A stretch of DNA of 59,218 nucleotides, filler included, from Sphacelaria rigidula (GCA_964200075.2; 6 parts of 6 records of this genome joined end to end with filler, not necessarily neighbours in it), one strand, 5' to 3'. Shown: positions 10,980-24,250, numbered from the whole stretch's first letter. The notes: generated from the letters alone by a model not told the origin. Numbers and translations are program-made.

Positions 10980-11206
10980 CTTGTCAACGACCCGTCGCCG
11001 CTAATCATGTGGCCCTTTCCCTGCAGCACGTTGTAACTAGCACTTCCGGCACGACCAGGTGTGCGGAAAAATGCAGGAGACCGAGGCGAGCCGTGCAACG
11101 ACCCGTACGCGTGAGCGTCCCTGACGAACGGCCCGGAGCGTCGAATGCACGCTGAGTTGTCCACACGGTCTCGAAATTCCATTCCGAAAAATCGGGCGCC
11201 GAGCAC
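10980..11206 (-). CDS. P4-ATPase exon (VLGARFFGMEFRDR...)
   Basis: tcag|GTG acceptor in phase with the preceding SPDDEAL exon; matches 'V.gA..fG..F..R' of the P4-ATPase N domain. The 3' boundary (AAG|gtgtgt) is tentative. Confidence 0.7.
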
Positions 11207-11535
11207 CTGATTGAAATATATGCAAGTTTTTTCTTTTTTGGTCACGTTGTCGTATTGTTTCCCAAGGCATTAGAATGAGGAGGAGGCACACAGCAACAAC
11301 AACAACAACAATAACAATAACGCGCTCTTCTCGAGTCCACGCCAGCACAGATCCTTCGACATCAGAAAAACAAATACTACCAATACCACCAAACAGTAGC
11401 AACAACAAAACAACGGTACACATTTTATCACCACGGTCACCAGCACGACCAACACGACCAAGAACACCATCAAAACCACCAACAGTCGCAACATAACCAT
11501 CCCCCCCCCCCCCCCCCCCCCCGAAAAAAGCTCAC

Positions 11536-11996
11536 CAATGCCTCGTCGTCCGGACTGGACGCCGATAGCTTGGGCTGCCGCTCTCCGCCCCCCTCCTCCT
11601 CATCATCACCGTCATCACCATTACCCTCCCGCTCATCCTCCGTCTGCGCCCCCCCCCCCTCCGTCTCATAGTCAAGATCATCGCTCATACACCGACTCCT
11701 CTTGCTCTCATCTAACCCGACCCCACTCCGCCCCCCGTTCCCCGCCCCGCCGCCTGCCGTAATCTCGCGCAAGAGTCCCCCGCTGCCCAGCTCCCGCTGG
11801 GAGAGCGATCGACCACTACCGGGGCGTGCTAGCTTGCGATGACTGCTGCCAGTGGTGCTGCTGTTGCCACTGCCGGCTGTCGCCGAGGGCGGCCGTCGAG
11901 CCTTTGCTTTGGACGACACGCTGCGCTCGGGAATGACCGTGTGGCACACGGAGAGGGTGAGGAAGAACTCCGCCAGGAGCTTTCGTTGTTCGTCTC
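11536..11996 (-). CDS. P4-ATPase exon (FFLTLSVCHTVIPE...ASSPDDEAL)
   Basis: gcag|GA acceptor (phase 1) and TTG|gtgagc donor; conserved CHTVIPE and SPDDEAL motifs. Confidence 0.9.
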
Positions 11997-12333
11997 CTGC
12001 GTGTGGCGGGCGGGATAGGGATGTTGAGGGGTAGGCGGGGTGAGAGCGGTTTCAGGGGGGTGAGGGCATGGTATTTGTGAGGAAAACACACGGGTTGGTT
12101 GAGCCTTGACGCGAATTTGTAGTTTGCAGACCCCGTCTCACCTCAATTTTGAGAGTTGGACTTTGAAACTTGGGAAGGAAAATCAATGAGGAAAAATAAT
12201 ATATATATATGTATAATGACGTAATTTTTTACTTCATTCGTGCGTTGAAGGCAATAATCAGTTTTCGGTAAAATGCAGTTCACTCAAGAAAAAAAAACTC
12301 GGAGTCGAGAGATATATTTTTCATCATACCCCA

Positions 12334-12500
12334 TTCATTCTCCGTATTTTCCAAGTCCAACTCTCGAGATTGAAGTGAGGAGGGGCGATGTAGAAACAGG
12401 GTCGGTCGAAATTCAGAACAGAATTTTGCAGGCCATTTACGGGCGCAGGTTTGGTACTTGTGTTTTGAGATTTTTGTGCGGGACCTCGCTAGGGCATAAC
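12334..12500. repeat. Dispersed repeat
   Basis: Reverse complement of about 54350-54503; a partial inverted copy lies at 12131-12170 (CTCACCTCAATTTTGAGAGTTGGACTTTGAAA). Confidence 0.6.
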
Positions 12501-12889
12501 GAACCAACAAAAATGGGACAGGTTTATTTATATGTTCTTCACGCGCGGACAGACGAGAATCAGACCGCCGTCACAAGCGAGAGGCTGCTACGTTGAGGGC
12601 CGCCAATCGAATAATCCTGTCTGCTCATATCGGTTGTTGATTATGTCCTTTATCGGTGGCTCTGCGGTGCCCACTGGTGTGGGTTTGAATCTACTCTGCT
12701 ACCCTGAATCCCTGGGGCTTTTTCCTTTTTAATTATTTTATTCCGTTTTTTTTGTATGTCGGCCATCTCTTCTTGTGTGTGTGTGTGTGTTTTTTTTCCA
12801 AATATGTCTACTATGTCGCTCTGTTCGACTTTTTATGTTGTTTTTTTTCGTCAGCGAGTGTTTCAGCTTTGCTTCTACTGGATGCGTCC

Positions 12890-12950
12890 ATCATGCGACC
12901 ACGGCTGGACCCATGGATGGTCAGTTGAAGTGCGACAATCTATCAATCAC
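12890..12950 (+). repeat. 3' tail of a LINE/SINE family (CGACCACGGCTGGA...AAGTGCGACAATC + (ATCA)-like tail)
   Basis: Similar copies at 14348-14423 and 31749-31812, each ending in short CAAT/ATCA repeats. Confidence 0.65.
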
Positions 12951-14675
12951 TCGTTTTGGAACGTTTTAGAATAGTGAAGACCATATTTTCAAGAGAACGC
13001 CCTTAGCCCTCCCTAAAATAAAAAATGAAGGCCCGTTTTTTTTCAGTGTGCCTTTGCGATTCTCCTTACCAAGTTTCAAATCACAATTTTACGAGTTGAG
13101 CTGAAAGAGTGAAAGAAGGGCTAAAAACAAAATACCATCTTCCTTAAAACGCCCCAAAAAACGGAAATACGAAGTAATAATGATGAAAAAAACTCAAAAA
13201 GCTGAGAGTATATACATATATTTTGCCCTAGCGATTATCCATACCAAATTTCAAAGCACCACTCTCAAAAACTCAGATGCGATATCCAGATTTGGTGCAT
13301 TTAGTGCCTCTGCTCGTCATATACTTATTTTATTATTGGAACATATGTGCGCCATATCTCAAGATAAATAACGAATTAGGTGGAGGTGAGGGTATCGATC
13401 GTTTTCCCGTCCTCCAGGGAATGTCCACACCAAAAATCGTCAGCATCCGCTGTATATATCGTCCGGGGTTTCACTTAGACTTTCGTATGAACCCTTTGTC
13501 CGTGCGGTATTGGAATGACTGGACATGGCGTTTAATCAACGAGTAAAAAATGGCCCAGAAATTTGACCACATGGGCATCTTCCCCTTGACTATAATGGAC
13601 GATCAATACGATACGTGAATCACGACCCAGCTCGTCTGTGCCGATGAGATGGTGATATTGCTTGGAAATCTTCAACCTGTGTCTAGGGTGGAGCAGCTCG
13701 TATCTGAAGCAAGATGTAAACCGGTGGAACAGGAGCGCGGAGGGGGGGGGGGAAGGGGGGACGGGACATGTACTCATTTGCTGCTTGCCTTAGTCGTTTG
13801 ATCATTGGCCACACATTCCTTTCGCGTTAGAGCAGGAGAGGGGAGGGGTAAGAGGTAGTGAGGGTTGAGAGGTAGTGCGACCCCAGACATCAGTCAAAGC
13901 AAAGGAAGACATCGCCCGCGCGATTTCACAGTCCACAGACATGGCATACGCCAGGGACCAAGGGCTTGCGACGCAGGGAGTGCCCGTGTGGCATTGCCTA
14001 GTAGAGTACATGACGTGTAGCTGCAGACAAGTAGAGTGGCCATGGCATGAACAGTCAGCACGTATTGTCCCCACATGCTCAGGTGTCAAAAGAAATCAGA
14101 CACCTGGGCGCTACTGATGAAAAATAATGATCCAGGTCAATGAAGGGGGGGGGGAGGGAGGTACGGGGTTGGGTGGGTGAAGGGGGGTACTGCATATTTT
14201 TCATGTGAAATACTGTGACACGATGGGCTAAGCGCCTCGCTACATCTTGTTGTACGTGCGTGGCCTATGCACGCTCAACGTACCACTTGCTTGGACACTC
14301 TCTCCTATTGCCTCATCGCTTCAGTTTTGCTTTTCTTGGGTACGTCTATCATGCGACCACGGCTGGACCCCTGGGGGTCAGGTAAAGTGCGACAGTCCAT
14401 CAGAAATCAATCGATCGATCAATCTTCACCCGAACGTTTCTTGTTGATACCACAAGCTAAGGATGTGCGCCCGTCACAAGCTCCCTCGGTTCGCTCCATT
14501 TGCGCAGCTTTGGATCATGACACCGGTGTCCCATCTCCTAATCTTTTCATGCAGGATGTGAGTGTCCATCAACACACATGCCCAATCATTGGAGTATGAC
14601 ACACAATGGACTACGACAACATACACACTCCTCCTCGCGCCCAATGATCCATATTCAAACCCCCCGAAAACGCAC

Positions 14676-14766
14676 CTGCGGCCCCCTCGAGATGTCGCTG
14701 CAAGTCTGGGTCGTAGAAGCGCACATGTGGGACTGAAGGTTTTGATGCGATTATACGCTCCGCTTC
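14676..14766 (-). CDS. P4-ATPase exon (EAERIIASKPSVPHVRFYDPDLQRHLEGAA)
   Basis: aacag|GAA acceptor and G|gtgcgt donor; 91 nt. Phases fit both neighbours, and it carries an 'F.DP.L' motif. Not in the ORF track; read directly from the sequence. Confidence 0.8.
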
Positions 14767-15337
14767 CTGTTTAAAAAACGAAACAATGAAAAATAATGAG
14801 CATGATCAAGAACAAAGAAGCAACAGAATAATACCGAGAAGGGATTAAAAAAAAAACATAAAAGACAAGGCATTTATTTCATGAAAAAAAAAAAAAAGAG
14901 CTAATGTACCGTACGAGTACACACCCACAGCGAAGAATAGAATGAGCAACACACCTCATCAAACACCTTGCCTCCATCACACGCCACACACATCCACGCA
15001 AAAACATTGACAATCTTCGAAGCTTGAGGTTGAACCTGCAGTGCAGTTAACAATCACCCCCCCCCGCACTCTGATCATGAGTACACCCCCGCACTCTTAA
15101 GTGTTATGTCATCTTCCGGTGCTTTAGTATACGCTATGACAATATCCGTGAGGGCCTGCAAGGTGCGCTTCACTTGGTGTCATAAAGTTGGGTTTGATCA
15201 GCCCATCTAGTTCATAATCATCTCGGTATCGAGGGGTAGTATATGGTATATATGGTGGTATATGTGTCACTTTCGGCTCCACAGCCGCATTTTCCCTACA
15301 AACCCAAATCTGGCGCTGGCCGAGAGGGGGAGGGGCG

Positions 15338-15890
15338 TGCACTCATGATCTTGCATACCGAAGTCATATGGCCATTGACCTCGCATCGCTACAAAGCCGG
15401 GACGAAGCGTGCTCGGTTTTCGCCGGACTAGGCTTGAAATCCGTCACCAAGCCCGAAAGCGCCGTGATGTATCCGGCATGTCGCATAAAGGGTGAGCTGC
15501 ATCCTGCTAAGATCGTTCGGCTCGGAGCGTACTGATTATCTTGCATGTTGATGAGTGGGGTCATTTTCTGTATAGCCATTTCCAGAGGTAGCCATGGGTT
15601 ACACACTGCCTCACTGGTATATCACCACTAAAACACTAGGTAGTATGACCATCCCCTTTGCGCGGAGTGGAGGTTTTCCCACCCCACACAATATGATCTG
15701 GCTCGACCACCATTGTGCTTACCGGGAAAGAAGCGCAAGCGGAAAAAAAACGGTAAGCTGGTTGCCTAGCTTACACGGTGAGTGACGTGTTCTACAGCGT
15801 TGTTGCAAACCGACGCCAACCCTTGAAGGAAAAGGGGGGAAGGGAGGAGTACTCATGATCTTGCATGTCGTTGTCATAATACCATTGAAC
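15338..15890 (-). repeat. Copy of the CATGAGTAC/C-tract retroposon-like family, plus a short second 3' end
   Basis: Aligns by eye with 41685-42180 over about 480 bp. Confidence 0.75.
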
Positions 15891-15927
15891 CGTTGCTGCT
15901 CGTACCGTGAATACAAAGGTCGCTCAC

Positions 15928-16086
15928 CAGATCCTCCTTCGGGATGTCCTCCCCCAGTCCTTCCGCCACAGCCCGCCCAATATCTGTTACCCCTCGCCCG
16001 TAAGAAATGCCTCCAACGCTGAACTTGCGGAACTCCATGACGTTCTGAGTCAACGTGCCTGTTTTGTCGCTGAACACATGCGACAC
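15928..16086 (-). CDS. P4-ATPase exon with phosphorylation motif DKTGTLT
   Basis: [30 protein letters not shown]; canonical AG/GT boundaries; 159 nt. Confidence 0.95.
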
Positions 16087-16658
16087 CTGTGCGTGCAACA
16101 CGTCCGTTTCATTTCATTTTTAGAACGAGAGGCGGAAAGGGGAGCCACAAGCAAAAAGTGCAACGAGAATGTGCGTTTCCCGTTTTGCGGAGATCGAAGA
16201 AGACAGGACAAAAAAGGGAAACACAAATGACAAAAACTCGTGTAACATCACCAACACCAACATCGCTCTTTTCTAGCGAGCGACGATTTCACATTCGACC
16301 CAGATATTATGCACGTCGAACAAATGATATCATGCACCAACTTACTCCACGAGGCGTCAAGTATCGAAAATGCGACACAGTCGTGGTGGGGCTGACGATG
16401 CTGTACGCGCATGCCAAGCGCATCGGAGAGAGAGGATGATGCAGTATGGGACGTGAGGGAACGAGACAGGGGCAAGAGAGGACGTTGATACGAATCCGCC
16501 ATCTGGCAACATCTGGCAATACACGAGTGTGGGGAAGCCATGGTCAAATTGAACAAACGTACACACGTATACAAGGGACCCCGCCCCACCTCCTCCCTTC
16601 CCCTCGAAGTGCACAGAACGATAGACAGACAAACAGAAAGACAGACCAAGGAGCATAC

Positions 16659-16736
16659 CTGTCCCAGCTCCTCATTCAGAGCCATTGTACGCACGAGCGC
16701 CGCCGTGTCACTCTCCTCGTGATACATCTCCAAGTC
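16659..16736 (-). CDS. P4-ATPase exon (DLEMYHEESDTAALVRTMALNEELGQ)
   Basis: P4-typical D..MY......A..RT..LNEELGQ motif; 78 nt, phase 0. Confidence 0.93.
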
Positions 16737-17318
16737 CTGTCGTAAACACACAACATACGTTAACAAATTGTACAAGTAAACTTGCAGGCGGGCTTGGAAA
16801 CTCTCGACGTGATTTTTGCGCCTCGCCAGCATCGCCGCCCCGCTCCGCACACAGCAGAAGCAATTTATTTCACTGAACAATAAAACATTATGTATTTCTC
16901 GATCTGTGTACTGGGCAGAAGATCACTACGCTCAGCGTGAGCCAAAATCGGAATATGGGACTCACGATCGACGCATTTGTTCCATCGCAGTACAACACAC
17001 CGTATAGACATGAGACACATATAACTCATAGGCAAGAAGGGCTACCCACGCTCGTGGAATGCAAGTATTCTCGCAATTTTTTGTTCTTCCTTTTTCTCTG
17101 TCAGTCTTTCAGCCCTTCAACTTCCTCGCGAAAGTCTGTGGTCTCAACGAATCAACTCATCTCTCCCCTCGTACACGCTCTACATTTTGGTCTCGCGTAT
17201 TGATTGGATAATGACCACCACTACTCCCACGCCGCGTCGACTCTCGCCACACAAACTCAGTCAAAACACACTACTTCTGCTACTCATGTCAGGACGGAAG
17301 GAAGATACTTTTGAAGGA

Positions 17319-17403
17319 AAAAAAAACACCGCATCTGGCGGGAACCGAACCCTCGTTCTTTGCACCCTATGGGTATCAGACGCACCATTTGACCATCGGG
17401 ACG
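17319..17403 (-). repeat. tRNA-derived SINE-like Pol III unit
   Basis: On the minus strand: A-box TGGTCAAATGG, B-box-like GGTTCGGTTCC, then a T-run. No convincing full cloverleaf. Confidence 0.45.
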
Positions 17404-17978
17404 TGAGTACTGGAAAATAGTGACAAGAAAAAATCAGCTCTGCTCAAGTTCAAGTTTCCGCGCATTCGTAGCAAAACGCCTCGGGGGTTGATCAAAGTTT
17501 CTTGAGAGATGTATCGAAGATCGTTCCGGAAGGTCCTCCTATCTTGTGCTGCCGGAAGGTCCTCCTATCTTGTGCTGCATAGGTTGGTCAGCACCACACA
17601 CACCCATCCCATCCACGCGACAAGACAAACTTCCCGCGCAACTAGAAATGAAGGGTCGACATGGGTCAATATCTGCACACGTCTCGGCAGGTCGCCCATC
17701 ACCATCACTTCCACCACAAACAAACAAAAAACACGGTGTAACCTCAAGAAATAGACCAACGAACGCATCACACATCTGCTCCATCTCCAGCACCACTTCA
17801 GCCCATTCATGTGTAGCCAAAGAAAAACAAGTACGTACAACCTACAACGTATACCCACACAAAACACAAACCCACTCACCGACATCCCAACACGAACGCC
17901 ACGTATATATACACAATACAGCCCCCCTACGCACAGACGCGAACAAAAAACACAAAGCACCAATGATATTATCAATAC

Positions 17979-18272
17979 CTGCTTCATGAAGAAGGACTGG
18001 CAGAACTTGACGGTGCTCATGGACACGTACAGCGACACGGGGATGAAGTTGCCCAGCAGTAAAAACAGGTAAAAAAATTGAATCAATGCCACCTCTGCGT
18101 GGATCCACGTGCTCCCAAAGTCCCACATGAGGTACACGTGATCGCTCGCGGAGGTGGTGGTCCAAACCCCGCCACCCACCGCCCCCAGGAAACACACGAA
18201 ACACAGAAGCCGGACTATCCTCCAAACCTCCACGTTTGTGAGCTGCTCCAGCAAGGATGTCTTGTGAGGAGG
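17979..18272 (-). CDS. P4-ATPase exon covering TM3-TM4 (FIPVSLYVS)
   Basis: PPHKTSLLEQLTN...LLLGNFIPVSLYVSMSTVKFCQ is the P4-type PISL/PVSL motif; 294 nt with canonical splice sites. Confidence 0.93.
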
Positions 18273-18424
18273 CTGCACGACAAACGAACAAAAAAAACAA
18301 ACGAATGCAAGAGTGATGCGGCGAGGACGAGAGAAAATATGTCATCGGGAGGGTGTCTTAGGGTGTTTGGCGTCATGCCGCGGGCGCGTGTTTGCACACG
18401 TGTTGATGGTGAATGTTGTCCAGT

Positions 18425-18530
18425 CACACCCTGGACAACAGATTACGCTGTCAAAAAAAATGTACTGATTACGGTACGAAATCTATTGTCTAATGCAATG
18501 GACGCAATTATCGATACCGTACGCAATAAA
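18425..18530 (+). repeat. Dispersed repeat starting CACACCCTGGACAA
   Basis: Similar to 29937-30040. Confidence 0.6.
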
Positions 18531-19674
18531 AATTATATCAAATGTAGTATATCGTCCACGATGTGTTGTCATTACAGTTGGCATAGGGTCGGTTCCACGG
18601 CCGATTCGACACCCCCCTCCCCTTCCCGCCCAAACCAGTACCCGCGATCACTATAAATGTGCCCCCTCAATTTTTTCGTTCAAGGTTATGCCGCAAAGAA
18701 GTCGATTCATGTGGCTACTATAGAAAACTAAAGAGAGCTCAGAAAACGAAGATCGAGCAGATGTACACGCTGGAGACGATCTATTCGCCCAACGCCAAAT
18801 GTGCAGGCACCCCTCCTTGAACATGCATCATATTCTGGTATTTGAAGTAAACTTCGCGTCTTGGTCCCTCACTCCAAGGTGGCGTGCCTGCCAAAAAAAG
18901 CGCCACCAGAATTTTATTTCTCCAACATATTTACATTTTTAATGGGCGTGTTATTTGCGAGTATCAAACATGCCAGCTTCACATACCCAGGATCGGCTCA
19001 CGGGGAGCACCATGCAACAAACTTCACGAGCTTTCTTGTTGTGGTCATCGACATTCCCTTCCCCGGGAGATGAGTGTCCTCGAGCTGGGGGCAAGCGCAA
19101 GGCCACTAATTGTAAGTATATCAAAACGGTCCGGCAGTCTTGTCACTGCGTCTGTTGTTCAATGCTTTCCTCCGCTCTCTCGTGGTCATACACGTTATCT
19201 TGTACTACCGACAGGAGCTCTCACAGGCAGTAGTAGCATGTGAAGTGCACCAAAATCTGAGGAGTTATACGTGCGAAAGGGTCTACAGGAGAAGCACAAT
19301 CGCTTCCTCTCATCTTTGTGCCCAAAGCCAAGCCATCTCTCACGCTGCTCGGGTCATCGTTTCGAACCAGATCTACGGTTACATACCAGCATAGCACACC
19401 CCGCCAAACTCATGCTGCGCTGTATCCTTTGGGGCGAAATTGACTTGCCTTTGACTTGCTACGGTAGATGTTTTTCACAACTTTCAAAGCTCAATAAACT
19501 GCAGAGTGCACAGAAGCAGGTCTGTAGTATTCGTTCTCCTGCTGAAACGTGTATGGGCTGGGACCCATCCTAGTACATGATAGGGTACCCAGGCGGATTC
19601 CCCCCCCCCCACGCCCGCCCCTTCCACCGCCACCCCCGCCCCCGCACACACCCCTCCCCACCCCGCTCCCCGCC

Positions 19675-19774
19675 NNNNNNNNNNNNNNNNNNNNNNNNNN
19701 NNNNNNNNNNNNNNNNNNTTAATTAATTAANNNNNNNNNNNNNNNNNNNNNNNNNNNNNNNNNNNNNNNNNNNN
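19675..19774. other. Artificial linker
   Basis: N44-TTAATTAATTAA-N44. Confidence 0.97.
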
Positions 19775-20076
19775 TGCTCGCGGTGCGTGCTTGTATGGAA
19801 CCCCAACAAAATATCTGGGGGGAGGTCATGTGCACGCTGAAATGGGAAGGGGGCGGAGTTAGTAAAGGTATCGAGACCCTCTTGTCTGCAACTATACACT
19901 TATTTGCCTGGTGAGGACAACATCATGTTGCAATAGAAAAACCGTGCGAGAAAAACATCCTGTAAGGAGACTACAAACAACAACCACACGTACGAGTTGC
20001 GAACGGTACATGTAAGTACACCGTAATATCAACGGCTTTCATATTACTGCTCGTCACCGAATCAACAACTAGCTAC

Positions 20077-20302
20077 CTGTTTCGACCCCATCTTCGGTCC
20101 CAAGCTCGGTGTCTGGGCGTCGTCCTTGCTGCCAACCACCTGTACCCACAGTTGTTGCTTTTCGCCGTCGAATGCCGAGAAGGGGAGATTCAGCTCCACG
20201 ACTGGGTTCTTCACGTACATCAACGTCATGTACCTGACGGGGTCGTCTTTGTAGAGCTTGCTCTCTAGAATTGCCTCCAAAGTCGTCGTTTTGTCCTTCC
20301 TC
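20077..20302 (-). CDS. Possible exon of an unknown protein
   Basis: gcag| acceptor, CAG|gtagct donor and coding-like composition (LEAILESKLYKDDPVRYMTLMYVKNPVVELNLPF). No recognisable family. Confidence 0.3.
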
Positions 20303-20655
20303 CTGCGACATATATCAAATAGAACACATGATTCAACCAGTTCAAGGTACAGCAGTTCAAATACATGCGTGTTGAAACAACTGCTTCGAGTTGGCCATGA
20401 CTTGAGTGACAATACGACGATGATCTACCTTAAAATGAGCATAAAAACATGACATTTGTTTCCATTTGAAATATAAAAGAGAAACTTCGAATTATGTGAA
20501 TATACGGTATAAAAAACTAAGATCAACTCTCATGCCGTTCAAAATGTTTGCGCTCAAAATTCCACTTTCGAGGCGTTTGATCCAGTTTTGACAACCACAC
20601 GGGGAAATTGCCAACAGGCGTCTTGGACACTGTGCATCACCTCACGGAGAGGAGT

Positions 20656-20792
20656 CTAGCCTATTTTTCCGATTCGCTTGACTCCGAGGTATCGAGAATT
20701 GCCCCAGGCGAAAAATATCAACGGGCCCTCCATTTTTTTGCCTGGGGTCAATCTCAAAACCTCGGAGTCAAGCGATCGGGAAAATGGGCTAG
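20656..20792. repeat. 137-bp palindromic hairpin (small MITE-like)
   Basis: Arms of about 60 bp, CTAGCCTATTTTTCCGATTCGCTTGACTCCGAGG... and ...CCTCGGAGTCAAGCGATCGGGAAAATGGGCTAG. Confidence 0.8.
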
Positions 20793-21394
20793 TGTCACGA
20801 GGTTGTAAGGCTTTATCACAGAATCTCTCACTGTAGTGCAGGAACACACCAAGCACAGCAGTGCAATCACTTGTCTGGGGTACAACTCGTGACGGGTTCA
20901 CGCACAATAGGTTGATAACTACTTGACTCAAGGCTCTTGTTCAAGATATGCTCTTTGTTTTGCTCACTTTCTTCTTGCTCAATGCTTTTCCACGCTTATG
21001 TCTCACCAATCGGGCAACAGTCAGATGCTCTTTCCTGGGGAGCTCAGCAGTGACTCCCATGTGCTACCTCAGGCTCAAATTACACCTATTTATAGGTGTA
21101 CACACTATATCTGACCCTCCGATCAGACCCGTTATCCAAAATCCAAGCATCGAAAGATCGATGCTGCTTGTCTTCATGACATCAGTAAGTGACTAGCCAA
21201 ACTGATGTGATCGCTACAGACGACAAAAGAAAGACGAAATACTGTTTGTACATTATCATTCCGCCTGTAAAACAGGTGTAAGGCACATTTAAAATGCATG
21301 GCTGTTAACCGGCAGCTCTGGTCAGATAGAGTGGCCTAGGCTTTTACTTTTTTTATGCGCGCAAATCATTCCGCATAAAACGGGGTTTTGCGCA

Positions 21395-21556
21395 CAAGCA
21401 TGTGCATTTTTTTGAAACATTTGTTTTTGGGGATTTCATCATAACAAAGGCATAAAAGCTAAGTTTCACGCATAACAAGCATGTGCGTTTTTTTGAAACA
21501 TATGTTTTTGGGGATTTCATCATAACAAAGGCATAAAAGCTAAGTTTCACGCATAA
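21395..21556 (+). repeat. 81-bp tandem duplication
   Basis: Two near-identical units starting at 21395 and 21476. Confidence 0.9.
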
Positions 21557-22366
21557 CTTGGCGCATATAGTACTCCAACGGGATCATGCACCCCATGTCC
21601 AGCAGCTAGTAGCTACCCACGGATGCTCCATGTGGCGTGGTTCGTGGAGTCGTGGCGTTCGTGTTCGTATTTGTTTTTCAAGTTTGTTCTGGGTCTGATA
21701 TCGGTGATGTTGCTGTACGTGAGCTACTGTATGTTCATGTGAAACTGATAAAACTTAACGGAATGAAAACCCAAAATCTTCAACGTGCCGTCTTGTTTTC
21801 TTGCTGGAAGGTACGTTCCATGGGCGGTGCCGCCAGGAACCCGCCAGAAACCGCCTCAAGAAGGACGCGAAAAAGGCGCATAAGTCAACATTTCACCAAA
21901 ATACGCATAGATCGGCGCATATTCACTTTTGGACATACATGAAAACAAATGAGGAAACGCGCACAAAAACAAAAAGGCGCACAAAAGGCAAAGCAAAAAC
22001 TTGACGTGCCACCGGAGGCAAGAAAAAATGCGGTACTTAAATTGCTTTCCGTTCAACATCGTGGATAGTTGTAGAAACTGTGGCCCGTCACATTCAAAGA
22101 ACTAAGAGGCTTATGTGTAGAGTGGTACATCTAGGTCCTCAACCAAGCAGGCTGGTTTCCTAGGCGTTGTCCCTAGAAATCAGCAAAAACCTGGCCTTGT
22201 TTGTTCATTGTAATGGGTTTGCGGCGCTGTTATAACAAGCACAGTCTTACAAGGCAAAGAGTGGACAATCGACAGATCGTACGGTCCAGCACCAGCTCCT
22301 CACACAGTGTGTCGGGGTAAGATCTCACGCGCAGTATTATCTTCTTCTTCATTATCTGGTCTCTAC

Positions 22367-22577
22367 TGTAATGCGTGAGAGGACCGCGTGCTATGAGGAC
22401 CGCATCGGAATTTGAACATCCCTATGGTTAGGGTTAGGGTTAGGGTTGGTGTTCGGGTTAGGGTTAGGGGCGTGGTACCTCCAGGGGCTGACCCGATTGG
22501 TTTTGAAAAACGTCGATGCTGAGGTGTTTTTAACTACGGCGCGATCCTCTAAGCACGCGGTCCTCTCACGCATTACA
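22367..22577. mobile_element. Telomeric-repeat-bearing MITE, copy 2 (5-bp TSD TCTAC)
   Basis: Same TIRs as 8528-8732; TCTAC at 22362-22366 and 22578-22582; five perfect plus two degenerate TTAGGG units. Confidence 0.9.
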
Positions 22578-24250
22578 TCTACCTTCCAGCATCCAATCAA
22601 TCAATCCAATCTCACGCTCAGTCAATCAGTCTCACCGATGTCAGACTTCTTTGCTGGAAGAGGGTAGAAGATGGTAGGGAGAGAGGGTGGGTCTCGCTCG
22701 CACAAGAGCACGCTCGAGCCATCCTCGTATCTGCCATATACAAATTCACACTCATACCTGACCAACTCTGAACATATCTGCAGTCTTGGGTCTTAGAATA
22801 CTCTAAATACGAATAGCCAGAAATGCAGATAGCCAGACTCGGCAACGGGTTTGAAGCGGCAGGACAACAGGGTAACATGCGTCTTTATGACACTAACCCA
22901 CTCAGACTAATCTTTATTACAGCTGCGAGGACCTATCCTCAAAGCAGCGAAAACTAAGGTTTTTCCTCACCAGTAAAGCCATGAGCGGCTAATAAAGCAT
23001 ATCTGAGGAAACACTCCCGTACCTGACACTCCCGCACCAACACTCCTGTAGCGCTGGCACCGTCATCCTGAGATGGGACTTGGGACAACTGTGGGGGTAT
23101 TTGGTGAACATCGCTCGGAATGAAATTTATAAAACAGTATTCAGGGGTATCGTAAGTACATGTTTCCCTGTTCAAAACCGAAATTTCCTCGCTTGAACAC
23201 TTTACACCTGTTCAACAATGAACAACTGCTTTCCAAGAAAACAACCCGTTATTTCCGGACTTCCCCTGGGGTCTAACTCTAACGCTGAGGTTGTCTCCAA
23301 CCCCATCGCAGGATGACAGTGCCATCGCTACATCAGCACCCGTTTGGGACCGTCAGAAGGGATATTCAAACTAGAGCTGCCGCGGCTTTTCAATTAAAAA
23401 GAAACGGCTCGAATTTTTGAAGCGCGTTGCTTTACAACAGTAGTGTTGTTCAACAGCTCCACCGCGAAACCGGTTCTCAACACAGCCACGGCGGAGGTGG
23501 CCATACAAGGCTTGATAGCTGGTTCAGATTAGATGAACCGCCTCGCATGAGCACTACTGGCGAAACAATCCCAGGCGTCGGACTAACCCTTTCCCCCGTT
23601 GTATGTGTCTGCAGCTTCATCGTGGGGCACCCATTTGATCCAATCGACCACTGTATTGTGGTGATGCTGTGCTGTGGTGATGGTATATCTCAGCAGACTG
23701 CTGAATGACGCTGCGTTTCGAAGATCGTTAGCGTCTGCCGCCGCATTGGATCGTTTTGCTGACGGCGATCGTCGCCGGCGCAACAGTATGAAGTCTCTCT
23801 CAGATACACAACAAGAGGCGCTGAAAGACTCGATGACTAGTCCAAAGAAGTATGTTTTCAGCATGCTTTGTTACGTCTTCCGCAGCGCTTAGACGCAAGG
23901 GTTTCTCGATAGATGCGGCACAATGAATGAATGCGGCTTTTCGGTTGGACTGCACACCATCATGCTTTCGCTCCAGTGCAGAAACTTCTGGGTTACGGGC
24001 ATATGGTCGAAACCGCTTGCGACTCCAGAGCCTTTTGAACAAAGTGGAAATGAAATTTCGATGGTCCGTTAAACCTCATAAAAATGTTGAACCTCAATAA
24101 TAACGACGTCAGGCTGTTATAGACTGCTTCGAGGAGCAGAGAAAACTGTTCCAAACGCGGAAGCACAAACTGCTTCTGCGTGCTAGCGATCAACGAAGAA
24201 GCACAAATTGCTTCGGCGTCCTAGCAAAACTCAAGGGGGGGAAACAGGGA

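Noticed and set aside
13875-14117. SWIM/MULE transposase-like fragment (YMTCSC)
   Set aside because: Too short and lacks the downstream CxH residues.
17319-17403. Functional tRNA gene
   Set aside because: A and B boxes are present but there is no coherent acceptor or anticodon stem; kept only as SINE-like.
17526-17577. 26-bp tandem duplication
   Set aside because: Simple intronic slippage duplication with no further structure.
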